A DNA stretch of 64,000 bases from Lama glama (taxonomy: Eukaryota), in NCBI GenBank assembly GCA_028534125.1, contig CM052818.1, positions 13,766,001 to 13,830,000 on the forward strand. The letters run 5' to 3'. Shown here piece after piece: positions 62,820 to 64,000 of this stretch (position 1 is the stretch's first letter; every line of letters starts with the position of its first letter). The position numbers were made by a program, and so were the translations under genes. The notes under the pieces were generated by a model, which ran no database searches, was not told the DNA's origin, and saw only the letters and a list, made by a program, of their open reading frames with translations.

Positions 62820-64000
62820 ATACAGATCAATACATTAAGCTCTTTTAAAATTAATGTTAGAAAAAACCTGAATTGTTGACATAGATTATTACAAAAAAAT
62901 AATTTTGTGTATCTTCTGCGTTGAGTAATTGAAATGCCTGAGTCATGTGCTTAGAAATGGTAAATATTCAGATTGGTTAGTGCTGATGAAATTATATTTA
63001 TTTAAGTTTGAAAGATCATTACTAGAAAGTCAGTATAAATCTCACATAGGCATTTCTTGGTAAATCACACATAAAGAAATGACCAGTCTCTGCTGGAGAT
63101 TTTTTTATTTTGCACTTTTAAAAGAACAAAGAAGTTGTGTCTTAGGCTTTTTTCTTTTCCTTTTTTTTTTTTTTTTTTTGGTTTGTTTTCCTGGGAATTC
63201 GGGTTTTAGAATGTAGATTTTAAACTTAAAGCCACAATACAGCAATTAAGTTTATTTACTGATTATTTAAAGCAGTTACTTTAAGGAAGGGGTTGAATGT
63301 GCAAGGTAGAAAAAATATACAGTCTATAGGGAAATCTGAAAACAAAAAAACAGCTTTCATTGTGGATGTCTGCATTATTATGTATCTATTGGTGTGAACA
63401 CGCCCAGGATATTCTATAAACAGCTGCACCACGAAAATTAGGGGAGAGATTGCTGTTATTAGTTTGACTGGCAGTTAATGGATAGCCTAAACAGTGAACA
63501 CTAGTTCGTTCCATGTAATTTAGCATAATCTTCCCCAGTCTTTAGATAAAGCATGTAATTAGAACTGTAGTGATGGCTGTGAATTCATTTAACATTTTGC
63601 ACTATATTAGAATTTGATTTTTAAGTAAAATTACGTGGCCATAGAGTGTTATTAAAATTCTAAACAATTTAGAGAGATTGGTAAAATTTGATCTCATGTG
63701 CTGATTGGAAAATGTAAATGAATAAAGTAAGTATGCCAGATATAGCAAGTATTCCCAGTAACTAGCATTTCATCAGATACTCTGTAATATCTTTGCTGTC
63801 CTTTGAAAATATGTTCCTTCATGCATTTTTTTCTATTAACATTTGTTCTAAGTGTTTTTGTTGGGACAAATATTTACTAAAGTGATTAAGTATGGACTCA
63901 CGGTGGATAAAAATAGTTCAGGTTGCCTTATACCTAATGGAAATAGATAATTTTCGTAAGAACATGCAAATTACCTAATAGCATACTTACTTGTGGGTAG

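Noticed and set aside
1..64000. CRISPR arrays, operons or other prokaryotic systems
   Set aside because: The sequence is clearly mammalian; the only regular array is the 59-bp L1 5'UTR repeat, which has no unique spacers

Overview
Mammalian genomic DNA, probably camelid (two Vic-1-like tRNA-derived SINEs and matching lineage-specific L1 3' ends), with one 99-N assembly gap. The window holds about 20 kb of repeat-rich upstream sequence, a CpG-island promoter (~19.9-21.1 kb) and the first eight coding exons of CCDC88A (Girdin/GIV) on the + strand. These exons total 800 nt, all have GT-AG boundaries with consistent phases, and encode the HOOK domain and the start of the coiled coil; the gene continues past the window. 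The most notable extra items are: a decayed antisense SRPX processed pseudogene in intron 7; a TSD-flanked, tailless retrocopy of the 5' half of tRNA-Met in intron 2; an L1 with both ends and a TSD but almost no ORF2, which carries a 59-bp 5'UTR array and a long antisense ORF and is inserted into a MER58A; a perfect 23-bp-arm palindrome; and a double-ATG uORF before the Girdin start. I see no evidence for a novel multi-gene system. All family and gene assignments come from recalled sequences, not database searches.
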